From: Pocillopora damicornis | Taxonomy: Eukaryota | Direction of reading: 5' to 3' | Assembly: GCF_003704095.1 (NCBI RefSeq) | Contig: NW_020845694.1 | Coordinates: 372,001-436,000, forward strand | Length of the DNA stretch: 64,000 nt | Part shown: positions 37,424 to 49,989 of the stretch, in pieces | Layout: each line of letters opens with the position of its first letter | How positions within the stretch are numbered: position 1 is the first letter of the stretch | Translations under genes and position numbers: made by a program | The notes under the pieces: generated by a model | Database searches by the model: none | The model's input: the letters and a program-made list of their open reading frames with translations, nothing else | Told to the model about the DNA's origin: nothing

Positions 37424-40400
37424 TCATACTCGCATTTTTCTTCTCTTCTTTGAATGCCATTGGGGCGATTGTGCATTTGTAAGCTCTTTCTCACTCTGTT
37501 TGATCTCTACTGGACGATATTTGCGTATGGGATTTGGTTTATGTACTAGTTGTTTGCGCAGGTTCTTCAAGTAAATCTTCTCCTCCTCTTCACGTTCTTT
37601 TTCTATCTGTTTCCTTAACTCCTCTTCTTCTTGGTCTCTCTCTGCCTTATGCATCTCATACACTTCTCTTTCCTTAGCGCGTTTATCCGAATTCATAGAG
37701 AATTCTTCAATTTTTGTATTTGGTTTGACCATGGACTTGTCAGGTATGAATGGAGCATTGTACAAAACATTGGTGGATCGAGCTTTAAACACTCTCTTCA
37801 TTCTTTCCTCTTGAATCTCTTGCTGCAGCTAAAGTGGAACAAGAAAGCATATTCAGTCAAATGATTACTTCCCTGTTAGAGAGGGGATGTTTCTCAAAAA
37901 AAGGACTTTTCTCAAATTTCTGTCAAGTAAGAAAGTCTGAGCCTTAAAAATTAAGTCAAATTCAGTGTCACACTCTTTTATGTGAACTTAAACATTCTTA
38001 ACTGGTGCAGTGTTGGCCATGTAGCTGACAATTTTTCTGTTCCTAGTTATGAGATCACAATGTAACTTATTTAAGACAAATCAAAATGGACATCATTCAT
38101 TAGAGGACAGTGATTCAGTTTAAAGATGTCTGTCTCAGTTCTCACAACATGCTTCTTACCTGCTGTCCCCATTTCTCAGCCTTGACAGCTCCACGGTTTT
38201 CAGTTGACAAATCAAAAGGCATAGGTTCTGTGATGAGTTTTGATGATGAAGGAAGAGGAGGAGGAGTGAAACTTGGCAATGGTTGTGCATGGAAGTTCTC
38301 ATGTGCCTGTCATCAGTAGAAAATATATTTAATACAACCTTCATGTTGTGCTTCAATCAATTTTGAGCAACATCCCACCACCTCTTGCCCTGCAAGGCAA
38401 AAATTGTGTGCAAATGCCCCACCAATTTTCCACCCCTCCCCCCTCCCCTCCCCTCCCCTCCCCTGGCATTTGAACTGTTGAAGATTGGTTTGATCAAGTT
38501 CCTGCCCTGCAAGGCAAACGTGATCAAATTCCCCACCAATTTTTTTTTCCTTTTAATGCAAAAGGTTAATTCAGCAACCGTGACTTTCAACACATTAACC
38601 ACACTTTAAAACTAACATCTTGTAGATCTTTCATCCTGAAGCATTTGCTTGCAAATTTAACTGTTTACCTCACACACCCCTATCTTTAAAGATATAACCA
38701 TTCTATTCCTCTGGAAAGACTTTACATTTTACGGTCAAATTTCTCACCCAGCCAGATAAGTTTAAAATATTCCAACCCCCTGAGCACAGACAACAGTCAA
38801 ATGCCTGTGGAGATGTTGAAGTTTCTTTGATGAGTAGCATTTAATTTACCTTCTTTTCTTCCTCTAAGATAGCTGTAATTTTCTCCTCTTTCTTAAGCTT
38901 TGTTTCCTTGTCTCTCTGCTCAAATGAAAATGGCTGTATCTGGGTTCCTTTATGTGGCAGTTCAGGCTTAAACACATTGGTGAAGTCAGGACAAGGATTA
39001 GCCTTTATTTCTTTTGATTCAGCAGCCTACATATAAATAAAAGTGTTAGAGGTTTTGTGTACCTTTTCCTATGGGAAGTAAACAAATTGTTTTTGGAAGA
39101 ATTTTGCAAACATTGCCCAAGACAATTCTAATGCATTTGCATTTAGGTATGACATGACAAAATATGTTATTAATTAGATACAGGGTATTGAGTTAACACA
39201 AATTAACTTACAAATTATAGGGTTGACAACTAACTCATTAAGTAACACAAACCTCAATGACAGCCTGTGGTTCTTTTGTTTTGTGCACCTCTGCACGCTG
39301 TTCAGTATTGAAGTTAAAAGGTTCAACTGCAGTAAGAGGCTTTTTTGGTTCCATGTACACTCCTAATGTTCCATTGCAGTCAAATATTTTACGGTTAAGC
39401 TCAGTAGCTTTGAACTTGTAACTGTGTAAAAAGGCAAATTTTATTATGAGTTAGAAGAAAATGTTTTCAAATGTTGTTCCTGGAGAAGAATTCTCTATTA
39501 AACCTTGAGCCCAGGGTATCTGATGATCCAGGCAACAAATAGTGAACTTCTATGTGGCCAAATTGTCCTTAAGTAATGCTTACTAACCATAAGGATTGCA
39601 CAGAACACCACCACTTCATTTCTAGTGTGTGTCCCTGAGAATATTTCCCTAATACTTTGGTGCTCAAAACCAGCTGTTCACAATCATGTTTTTTTCTATC
39701 CATATTTTTCATATAGTATTCTAACACAAGAAAAATTTATTCCATTTATTTCATCAAAGTTACCTCTTCATCTCAGCTTCCTGAATCTTTTCTTGTTCTT
39801 CTTTACTCATGCAGTCTACAGAAAGTGGCCTTTTCCTATCTCTTGACCTTAAATTTGGTGTCTTTGGAGCTGTTAGCTTCAAGGAAGCCTTCTCTATATT
39901 ATCTGGTGGCCCCTGGTTCTGTTCACTGACAGGTTTCACATGGAAACGCTCAGGAGTCTTCTTCTGCCATTGATAAACCCTTTGTGCCATTGATTGGTAC
40001 TCCCCACATGGAGTGTCATTTTCAGGTTCTTTTCTTTTCCTGGATTCATTCATCTTGAATGGCACTGGAACAGTTGGTTTCCTGTTCTTGAAAGTCTACC
40101 CAGAACAGAACAGAAGGCCACTTTAAATGATTTGAACTACAATGTATGTTGGCACTTTATCATAACAGACAGATTCATAATTTCACATACAATCAAGTCT
40201 CACAATCGATTTAGATTGCATATTCTGTCAGTAAGAATTAGAAATCAACTGTTTGCCATGACCAGACTATATTAGATACATTTTTATTACTTAATTACCA
40301 AGTTTGTGTAAATAATATTAATTTCAGAAATCCCCTTGGAACAGCTGAAGGAAAAGTCACCTTTCATTTAATACAGACAAACATAGTAACATTCTTGCAT

Positions 40401-42380
40401 AAGTAGACTATTGCATGCAGCTATTTGCCAATCACATGATTTATAAGATCTTGCCCAATTAAACAAAGTGCATTCAATGCTGTTGCATTCAAGATACAAA
40501 TACAATCTTAAGGAGTCTGTTACTTTTGATGACACTTTCACCAGTAAAACCATTTTTTTTTTTACAATTATTGACTAGAAATTGAATTACAACCATTTTA
40601 ATTGCATTAGAAGTACTATGGACACTTACTGGTGAAGGAGGATGCTGCCGTAAAGAGCCAACAAAATCCTTTCCTTTGCCCTCATTGTTTGCATGGTGAG
40701 AACTTGGACCAAGCCTATCATCTGTTGCGAAGTGAAATTCTTTAGCCCGAGTAAGATTGTCAACAGCTGATCTACAAGGCATGTATGACTGCCCTGCAAG
40801 AGCCTTCTTCATGGAAACTTTATTCTGTTTGAGTTTTTCCATCATTTCCTTTTGTTTCTGTGCTATGACCTGCAGCTCCTGTTCTTCCCTTGTTTTCTGT
40901 GCTTGGGTTTTATCACCTTTGGATTGAGCAACCCTCCTAAAAATATATGGCAAAAAATAAGAGGTGAAATGCACTTCTGAGCTGATTATGCTAGGTGTTT
41001 GTGGTGCTTTTCTTCATTGTATTCATGTTGTTAGCTAGAATTGTAAGCATAAGTATAATTACAAAACAAGAGTGGTTAGGATAATCCCAAACGATAAATT
41101 AAAGCATTAAAAAGCAGATATGCTGTAAACAAAGGCCTGGATGATCTCCCTGAGAGGTTCATAATTAAACCTTGAACTTCCCAGATCCAGTTGTAAATTA
41201 TTTGCCTCCAGCTGCTACACATTTCTTTCTTTGTAACTAAGTTCCAAAGAATGGAGAAGATGGTGCTAGCTCAAGATAACAACTTCTTCCTGATTTGTTG
41301 GAGTATTCTTATAACCTGTTTGCTGGATAATGTATGGCTATTACAGGGAGAAGTTACATGACGATCATCTGAGTGAAAGGGTTAAAACTGGCCTTCAGCC
41401 GACTTCTAATGATCATGCAAACAAAATGGCCATTGAAATTAGCTGTTTGTGTTACCTCATAAAATTTGGCGTATCTGGAACAGTTAATGTCAATGGTGCT
41501 TTAATCTTCGGGACTTTCTTTGCTGGCCCACCATCAGAGGAACAACTGGAAACGGTGGATGATGTTGATGCAATAGAACACGTTGACAAAGTTCTCAGAC
41601 GAGCTGATCTTCTTTCAGGTACCTTTTTCTCTCGTTTCCTAGAACGAGAAAGCATATTGGTGAAACTAACCTGGTACAGATTTCAGATTTTCCTCCAATC
41701 GTGCATCTACACGTAAAGCTTGATCGCATTTTGGGATTTATAGTGTAGTGCCAACAACTAATATAAAAGCACAAAGATGTACACGTAGATTTGCTGTATG
41801 TTTGAATTCGTATACGTAGAGTAGCGTTATATTATAAACCCCATCCAAAAATTAACAGAAACAATAAGTTAGAATGTCACGCTTACTTTCTGACTTGAGA
41901 TTGACGAGGGGCACTTTCCGTCTTGACTTGTTCGTTCGTTGTTGTTTGGGTTTTTGTTACCCACTCTGACCACGAAGTCACACAGTTTTTAGGAGCTGAT
42001 TTCTTAGGAGGAGCTTCCGCTAAAGGTTCAGTATCAGCTTTCTGTTCCACTCGTGGTTCTTCGTTCTGCGAAGACGAGCTCTCTTTCACCACTTCTTCTA
42101 GAATTTTTGATGCTTCGCAGTTAGGTTCATTAGATCGTTGTTCACAAGAATCTTCTTCGATTACCCAGCCACCTTCGTCGGCTACTTTTCCATCTTGGAA
42201 AGAACAAAAGTTTTAGAATAACATCGATCGTCTACCTAGAAGCGAAAGATTTCGCCAATCAAGACATTAAAACTTACCAAACCACTTATCCGCTTCAGGG
42301 TCTAAATCTCCTGTGTCTTTCGAGAAGTCGACAAACATCGGCGCATCGTACTCGTAACTTGGATCAACAAATTCATCCAT
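37424..42380 (-). CDS. TPX2: Targeting protein for Xklp2 (spindle assembly factor, Aurora-A activator)
   Basis: Exons approx. 42380-42279, 42193-41887, 41670-41456, 40936-40631, 40096-39764, 39422-39254, 39026-38851, 38307-38160, 37828-37424. N-terminal Aurora-A-binding motif MDEFVDPSYEYDAPMFVDF...ADKWF; LTVPDTPNF, EFHFATDDR, FKARS and C-terminal LRKQLVHKPNPIRKYRPVEIKQSEKELTNAQSP. Confidence 0.95.
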
Positions 42381-42519
42381 CCTTTAAAATACAGACTTCA
42401 GAATCTCTCAAAGACACTACGCTTTGTAAACCTCTGTGACAAATCAAAATCCAAACGTATAAATCGAGAAAGTAAGTCAGCTTGGGTTACAAACTCTCAC
42501 CGCTGTTCGATCGTTAAAT

Positions 42520-42569
42520 TTCAAACTAACCGCACGAAACTGACGCTACCTACCACGCATTCCCATTGG
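42520..42569 (-). promoter_or_regulatory. TPX2 core promoter: CDE/CHR with overlapping Myb site, plus CCAAT box
   Basis: The - strand reads GCGG-TTAG-TTTGAA (42533-42520). TAACCG lies at 42527-42532 and CCAAT at 42569-42565. This sits just 5' of a short UTR exon with a GT-AG intron at 42500-42382. Confidence 0.6.
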
Positions 42570-42701
42570 TCAATTTCTCTGTCATCCATATTAAGTAATC
42601 ATGGCCATATTTGTGCAGGATCATAAAATTCAACATGGCGCGCATTTTGGATCGGAAGTGATCCAGGAATAAATAAAACAAAGATTTTTCCGCTAAAAGA
42701 T

Positions 42702-45700
42702 ATGTTTAAGATGTGTTTGAGATATAAAAAAGGTAGGTTGAAACTAATTGGATATTCAGCTTTGGCTCCTCAATGTTTTTAGAAAGTCCGTCTCACGCAT
42801 TTATATTACCTTGAAAAATACCCTCGTCTGAAATTAAACTGAAACTCGGATTTGTTTAACTCTGACTCTCTGAGATAAGGTTTGGGGGATAAAATGAAAT
42901 TTTGGGTTGAGGTGCACATCTACCATGGTTACTTTTAATTCTATCAAAAAGGTTAACTTTGTATCGTCCCTGATAAAAAACCGCTCTTCATAACCTAAAT
43001 AAGCAAAGGCCCAAAGAGTTTCCGATGCAAAAAATGCTGGAGGCTTTATTTAACAAATTTATATATTTGCCAAGTGAAGGAAAATTGTGGTGGGTATTTA
43101 CCGAGCTTCANNNNNNNNNNNNNNNNNNNNNNNNNNNNNNNNNNNNNNNNNNNNNNNNNNNNNNNNNNNNNNNNNNNNNNNNNNNNNNNNNNNNNNNNNN
43201 NNNNNNNNNNGGAAATATGTGATCATTTTACAATGACTGAGATACTGCAAGCACCCTAATTGCCCACTAACAAAGTTTTTAATCACTCACCTCTGGCTCA
43301 TGACTTACAAACATTTTTCATGTTCTTCTAACATCCCACACACCCATAAATCGATAGAACTTGCAGTTTATTGATGAGTAATTAAGTTTTCTCTGGTCTT
43401 CATAACAGAACTTATTATTGTAACTGATGATGCAAGACTTAAAGTTATGATGCTGCCTCCACAAGAGGAGCATGATCTATCATCCACCCTTCCTCATCTT
43501 CATATGAAGGTAACAGAATGTCTGGGAAGAGAAATTGATTCCATGTAACCATGTTGCTGTTCATTTCATTCACTTCAAAATGATGTATTTGGGTTTGTGT
43601 TTTCTTTGTTTCAGATCTAAAATAATTTACTGTATTTCCATGATCCCTAACAGAGAAACTAATTTATCCATTTTGGCCTAAAACCAATTATTGCAATTGA
43701 AAATAAATGTTTATTTTGAATAGTGGAAACCTTTTGTATGTTTAACAAATTGTGGTTGAATGATTTTTGCCTTTGAGTCAATTACTGAATTTTTTTGGCC
43801 AGGCAGAAGTGGTCCTTGAAACTACCAGTAATTCATCCAAGCCTGGATTTCCTGTAGCACTTGGAACAGGATGTGAGGGAAAAAGCATTTCTTCTCTTGA
43901 TGTCTGTCACCAGGTGAAGTGTCATTCTATGTATCTTTTTCATTATTTCAAAAAAACCCTTTAACCCCCTAAGAGTGACTCACATCCTATTTCTCCCTAC
44001 AATATCCCCCCTGAGTCACACTTTAAGGTCATGAGAATAAAGGAAATGATCACCAACTAAAGAAGCTGTTGATTGTTAAACAAATTCTCCTTTTCTGCAA
44101 CTTAGAAAACATGTAGAGAACAGTATGGAGAATATGCTTGCTGATGTTAAAGTGTAAAGGGTTAAGCTTCTTTTATTAATTAAAATGAATAACCAAGAAA
44201 TGAATGGAAAAACAAGTAAACACAAAATAAATGAATAAATTTATCTATAGATGAATAGAAAAGGTCATTTCAGTTGACCACTCCTCCATCAGAGTGAAAG
44301 ATTAAGGGCTACGGATTGAAATTTCAGCTTTAGGAACTCTCTATGGTGGCTAATTTGTGTTGATAAAACCAAATNNNNNNNNNNNNNNNNNNNNNNNNNN
44401 NNNNNNNNNNNNNNNNNNNNNNNNNNNNNNNNNNNNNNNNNNNNNNNNNNNNNNNNNNNNNNNNNNAGATTACTTGGTTTTATCAACTGAGTTGATAATG
44501 TAATTATTGGCCACTGTAAATAATTTCTAAACTGAAGTTTTGAGCTTCAGAAAAAGTGGAAAAAAATAGCTTGTTCAAAGATCAGTCAGTGGAAATGAAA
44601 GGGATGGCTGGCAGCAAATGGCGGTTGTGATTGTCAGGGCAATGGTCTACAATATCCTAACCTCTCAGAGGTGTAGAATTGGCTAGATTGAATGTGAAGT
44701 GGATTTTCTTGTTTGTATCTCTTTGCAGGTGATAGTTGTAGTAACAGATGATGGAGAGGTGCATTGTTACACAGATCAGCTGGAGCTAATGTGGAGGACT
44801 CAGGTTTTCACAGATCATGAAACATCAGGCTCACTAAATTTTAAGTGAGTTGCTTATTTTCTTTAAATTTTGTTTTATTTGTGACTAAATCAGAATTATT
44901 TTGTTAATGTTGGAAAGGACAAGTGGTAAATTTTTTTTTGTCATTTCTTTTCTTTATTTAAAAAAGTGTTTTACCTGGATTCTTTTTGAAGTTGGCAATG
45001 ATTCTGCTTTTCCATTAAAAGTCATCCCTTGAAATTAATTTTTGTTTGTTGCTTTGACTTATAGTTCTTTTTAAAGTACTTTATTTTTATGGCTTTTTTT
45101 TAATTGCAGGGAAATTGCTGTACTTGTTATACCTCAGTCTGGCTTAGTTTTGATCGGAGGGATGACTGCTAAAGAAGAACAAGTGCAACACAATTTAAAG
45201 TAATGATTTCCCCTTTGGTTCTGTTCCATCTCTTACATTTCTGACTAATGCAGTGTTAGATCGAGGGGGGAGGCCTTAGGTCCAACTTTTACCTCTCCTT
45301 AATATCATCAGTTATTGAATCGTTATTGCTCCGCCCCTACCCCCCCCTCCCCCACCACTCTTTAGGAACAGACCTAACCAGTCATTCTTGAAACTGTGGG
45401 TTCCTAAATTTATAGGAAGCGATTTTGATAAGAAATAGAGCGAAGTAGAAAGATGACCAGATAGTTTTCCTTTATCGTAAGCGTCTTTAGTTTTTAAAGT
45501 ACTATAACGGGCTCCGTTCACGTGTGATTTCTAAGTTTGTATGTGCTGGCTGTAATGCCTGTTACGTCGGTGAAACCTGCCAGCATTTTTCCAGACGTGT
45601 TAGAGAGCACTTAGTCATTGACAGGGCCTCTCACATTTTCAAGCATCTGAAAGATTCTGCACACTGTCGCGCTTTGTGTTCAGAAGATAACTTCCATGTT

Positions 45701-48700
45701 ATAGATCACGCCTCTACCGGCTTTCAACTTAAGATAAAAGAGGCTATTCATATTCAAAGAGAACAACCATCTTTGAATCAACAATTACACCATGTAAATC
45801 TAAAACTATCTTTTTAATTCTCACACTTTCGTGCTTTACCTCTTTTCTTGTTGTCCCTATTTATCATAATTAGCATTGTTCTACTTACTATATAATTCAA
45901 TTAATTAACATTAATTAACTGAAGATGACAGAAGTTTCTGTCGAAACATGTTTTACAGACTTAAAAGTTTTATCTTTCTTTAAATACTATTTCTTTTGCA
46001 TTAAAGAAATGAAATATTTTACACTGCATTTTCAGACATGACCATCAACATAACTTTTCCGCTAGTTTTAGTGTTGAGGAGATAGCAAAGCAACCTCCAA
46101 GACGCTCGCGCAATACTAAGAAGGTACTTTCTTCCATACTACATCAGATTTAATTTGAAACTGCGGTCGTTTTTCCTTTGGAATATTCCTCATTCCGTGT
46201 AAACTGTCCACCTTCAACGGAGGTTTTCGAAAACGCTACACCTTTGTAAGAGCCATTTCTTAGTGTTTCATTTACAATGAAAGATAGCAGCGTAAGATAG
46301 TTAACTTTCGACAATAGTGCGAGTTCATTTCATGTGTCCTTCTATTGTCAGGCAACCGAAGAAAAGGAACATTTTTCGACATACGCTCTGAACGCGAAAA
46401 CAGGAAGGACCTACTGGAAACATGAACCAGGCGACTATGAAGCCAAGAAAATGGACAGAGAGGTATCGTTGTTATTTATATCAATATACTATACTTCATC
46501 AAACTCAGCGTTCTTCGTTTAGTTGTGCATGGTGTAGAAGCTTTAAGGAACGGAATAGCGACCTTTTCGAGCGACTGTCGTTGAACCAAGCCAAATAGAG
46601 TGATTTTCTATGTCAAGCTTTATTGGGCAAGATCAAAAATGAAAATATACAAACATAAAGAATCAAAGCCCAAAAGGGATGAGCACGAACGGGACACTCA
46701 GACCCATGCAGGGTGCCTACCCAAGGGAGATATAAGTGTATATTATATTTTCAATTCTGTAGTAAAAGTAGTTCATATTCATACAGATGCAAAACTAACA
46801 CCAACTGCACCTTGTTCATGTTTCGTGTTTTCTCATGATTCAGGCACTTTGCTCGTTTTTACTTGATCGAGTTTTCATCGCATCTTAGCGGTTTTTCTTA
46901 GTGTATGAGTATGTAAGTAAGAGACTTTATCTTCAAAGGCTTACGCGTAATACTGACAATTGCTGCCAAACCTGCGGCGCTTGTAGTAAGCTTTTGTAAT
47001 TACGTTTAGTTTTTATTTACGACACTCGATCGAAAAGCGCTTTCATCATACACCTTGTCTTAACAAAAAAAACAATCTATCCATTAGGAGTCGATCTAAA
47101 GCGTCCATCTTGCCTGATATCTTTTTTTCTCTGAAGGATATCCTGTCGGCTTACCATTTCAAGCTGGCTCTTCATTCCAGTCAGTACCACGCGGGTGAAA
47201 TTCACTGGAGTCAATACACCGAGTCACTGATCTCTTCACTACCATACAGATGGCAACATCCCGCTGATACCACCTTACAAACAGCTCACTTCGTGAAAAG
47301 GCAACCCTCGACACTCGCAACTCAAGGGAAAGAACTTAAAACAGGACCTGTGGTAGAATCGAAAGCAATAAAGCCAAACGCAGTAGTTATAAAACGACAA
47401 AAGGCCATTGAGGTGTTAAACATGGAGTCTGGTCAACCTTTGTGTTCTTACGCTGTACCTATGAGAACCACAAGTGTTGGTGATTTGAACGGCGACAATG
47501 TCATAGATCACGTGACCACGTACTTTGCCTCGGAGCGGATAGACCAATCAGGAATGATTAATCCTTGCTCGGGTGTTGCAGTTTCCGGGTCGAAATCTTT
47601 ATTCAGTAGGTCTATCTGCCGTACCCCTTCAACGTTCGGTAGTTTCTTTGGCTCGTTCTCCGAGGAAGATTTACGCGAGGAGAACGTGCTGGTTTCTCCG
47701 TTGCTTGTGCCAAGTCCACCTTACAAAAGAGGGATTTTCAGCCATTTATCAGGAGAGGCGTTCAAGCGAGATAGCATCAGGAGCTTGGACAGTATTTTTG
47801 TTATTTCTTCTGGAAGACTAACAAGTTTGGGACCGTTTGGTGAATTGAATTGGCAGGTAGATTGAAAGCTGGTATTTATAAAAGGAGCGTGATTAATATC
47901 AGAGATCACCTTTACAGCGAGGGCAGCACGCACCTGTGGCTGCCATGCCGTCCGTGTCTGAATTTTAAAAGCATCATCAAAAGTACAACGCCAACAACGT
48001 AATGACCAAATTGAGACTTCCAATTCATGCTGTTGCTCGGGAAAGCTAACAGGACTCGTGGTTTGATCTGTTTGAAAGAGTAGATGTAGTGAAGTAAATT
48101 GCCGATCACTTTAAGGAAAACTTGAGACGCGTTTTAATAACTTTAGACTCTCATTACAATTTCAGTTTCAGATTGTGCTTGTTATTTCGCTAAGGCCCGC
48201 GGAGAATAGATGGAAATATAGCGTATGCAGTTTGTTTCATAGGCACTTGTCACTGTCGAAGAATTATCTATCAGCGCGTGAAGCCTCCACAGCGCATCAC
48301 ACGTGCACCCCACCTGCTCTGAACACAGCATTTTTCTTGTCCTTGACAGGTAGACACGGTAACCTCATGGACGAACTACAATCCGCCTAATGACAAAAGT
48401 GCAGACGCAGTTCTTGTACCTAACATTCAAGCTGTTTCTACTGCGGTAGGGGCACAAAAGGTATGCTCATTACACTTATTTTTGGCCATTTAATCGTGGT
48501 CACGGATCTCGTATATCAGACACAAAATCGGACGTTTAGTGGCAGTTGCGGTGACTGTATGGATAGCGCGCTTATTTTCGGGTCGACTGAGAGATCCAGA
48601 TTTTAGCCCCAAGTGGGTCAATGTGTACAGTCGTGTTCTTAGGCACGCAACTTTACTCTCACAGTGCGTATCTCCAACCTGGAGTATAAATGGGTGCCGG

Positions 48701-49989
48701 CGAATAGTGAAGGAAGCTTGACAAAATCCTAAGGAGGGATAAGGTCATCTGCAGTGGAGTAGCATTCCATTTTGCAAGAATAGAAATCCTCCTGATTACT
48801 TTTTGGCATAAACACAGGAGTTATTTCGTTTGTTTGTTTGTCTTTTGCAGGACGCTGTCCTGGTAACAGGCTTGAGAGACTTCGCACTAGTCTCTCTCAA
48901 AGATGGCTCGCTGATGGCCTCTCACTCGATACCCTGCGAACCGGTGTCTCCTGTTGTGCAAGGAGATTTTACAAATGACGGTCTAATGGACTTTATTGTA
49001 TGCTGTAAAACAAGGTGAGCTGTTGGCGCGGCGTCGGGCAGTGTTTGTAAATCCTTCATTCCCTGCAGTGATAAGTGTATAATTTCGTTTGACACTTTTT
49101 TCGATATAAGACCTCTAACCGCTGTCCGTTTAGCCCGCGAGGAGGCTCTTGTGTTCGGTTTCCTCCTATAGCCCCTTTACCGAGCACAGCCTGGGGCACA
49201 GCCGCCTTTTACACCATCGGTGGCCACTTATGGGAAAAACTTTCTAGACCCCTGCAAGTGACAGTGTCTTCTCATAGCCCCAAATTCTCCGGATTAAGCT
49301 TCAAATAACTGAATGATCGTAAGCTGGGAGAGCTAGCCTATTATCTATTATATGAAGCGATAAGTCACTACAATGAGATTGTATCTAATATATTCTCCTC
49401 AACTCTTTGACCGCTAAGAGTGATTAGCAGTTCATCTCCCCTTACAGTATCACCCCTTAATCACAAATTAAGGTCACGAGAATAAACGAAATGGTTACCA
49501 ACTAAATAAGTTTTCGATTGTTAATCAAATTCTCCTCGTCAGCACCTTAGGAAATGTCTAGAGAACAGTATGGAGAATATGCATACTGATATTAGGGTGT
49601 ACAGCGTTGATTGATAAGGGGAGTCGCTTTTTGATGAGGGAGTCAGTTCCCAGGCCTGTCTCGCTGAATTCCCAGTCTTCAGGTCTCAAAGCTTCATTCA
49701 TCCTTTCCAGCAGCCACTTCCTTGAATATAGAGGGAGTTATTAGTGATTATGGGCGAGTATTACTCACCCATCTCGTGGTGTCAGCTACAGCTTGAGACA
49801 AAATTCAAAAGGCCCGTTTACAGTTTACTTCATGTGCAACTAACACTGAAACTTCTTTTCAGTTTAATCGGCTTTTCACTGGACAGTAGACCAGGGTACT
49901 GGTGGACGGTAGTCTGGATCGCGTGTGGTCTGGGGGCGATTGGAATGGCAGTACTTATACTTCGCTTCATAGAGGAAGTGATAGTGTGA
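42702..49989 (+). CDS. FG-GAP/beta-propeller protein with C-terminal transmembrane helix, similar to plant NERD1 (At3g51050) family
   Basis: Exons approx. 42702-42732 (putative first), [gap], 43410-43509, 43803-43913, 44730-44844, 45110-45199, 46036-46123, 46352-46462, 47137-47856, 48350-48460, 48851-49014, 49863-49989. Motifs HFSTYALNAKTG, YHFKL..HAGE..LPYRW..DT.L..AHF, PNAVV, GDLNGDNVIDHV, GDFTNDGLMDFIV, then RPG + hydrophobic helix match NERD1 as recalled. Confidence 0.8.
43955..44165. mobile_element. Family-B TTAA/CCCTT MITE
   Basis: aaccctttaaccccctaagagtga...gtgtaaagggttaa; reverse complement of 32444-32655. Confidence 0.75.
45520..45990 (+). mobile_element. 5'-truncated Penelope-like retroelement (GIY-YIG endonuclease C-terminus plus 3' region)
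   Basis: ORF 45524-45817 KFVCAGCNACYVGET...RVREH...HIFKH...LKIKEAIHIQREQPSLNQQ is a typical PLE GIY-YIG. It is followed by a hammerhead motif. Confidence 0.88.
45913..45957 (+). ncRNA. Minimal type I hammerhead ribozyme motif in the Penelope-like 3' region
   Basis: TAA-CTGAAGA-TGACAGAAGTTTCTGTC-GAAA-CAT-GTT-TTA: intact core, 7-bp stem II, palindromic ACATGT stem III, weak 3-bp stem I, GUU triplet. Confidence 0.65.
48538..48825 (+). mobile_element. tRNA-headed SINE, degraded
   Basis: Decayed A/B-box head followed by gtgttcttaggcacgcaactttactctcacagtgc...gtataaatgggtgccggc; homologous to 28000-28760 and 59410-59700. Confidence 0.6.
49405..49610. mobile_element. Family-B MITE
   Basis: taagagtgattagc...ttaaggtcacgagaata...gagaacagtatggagaatatgcatactgatattagggtgt. 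Confidence 0.7.
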
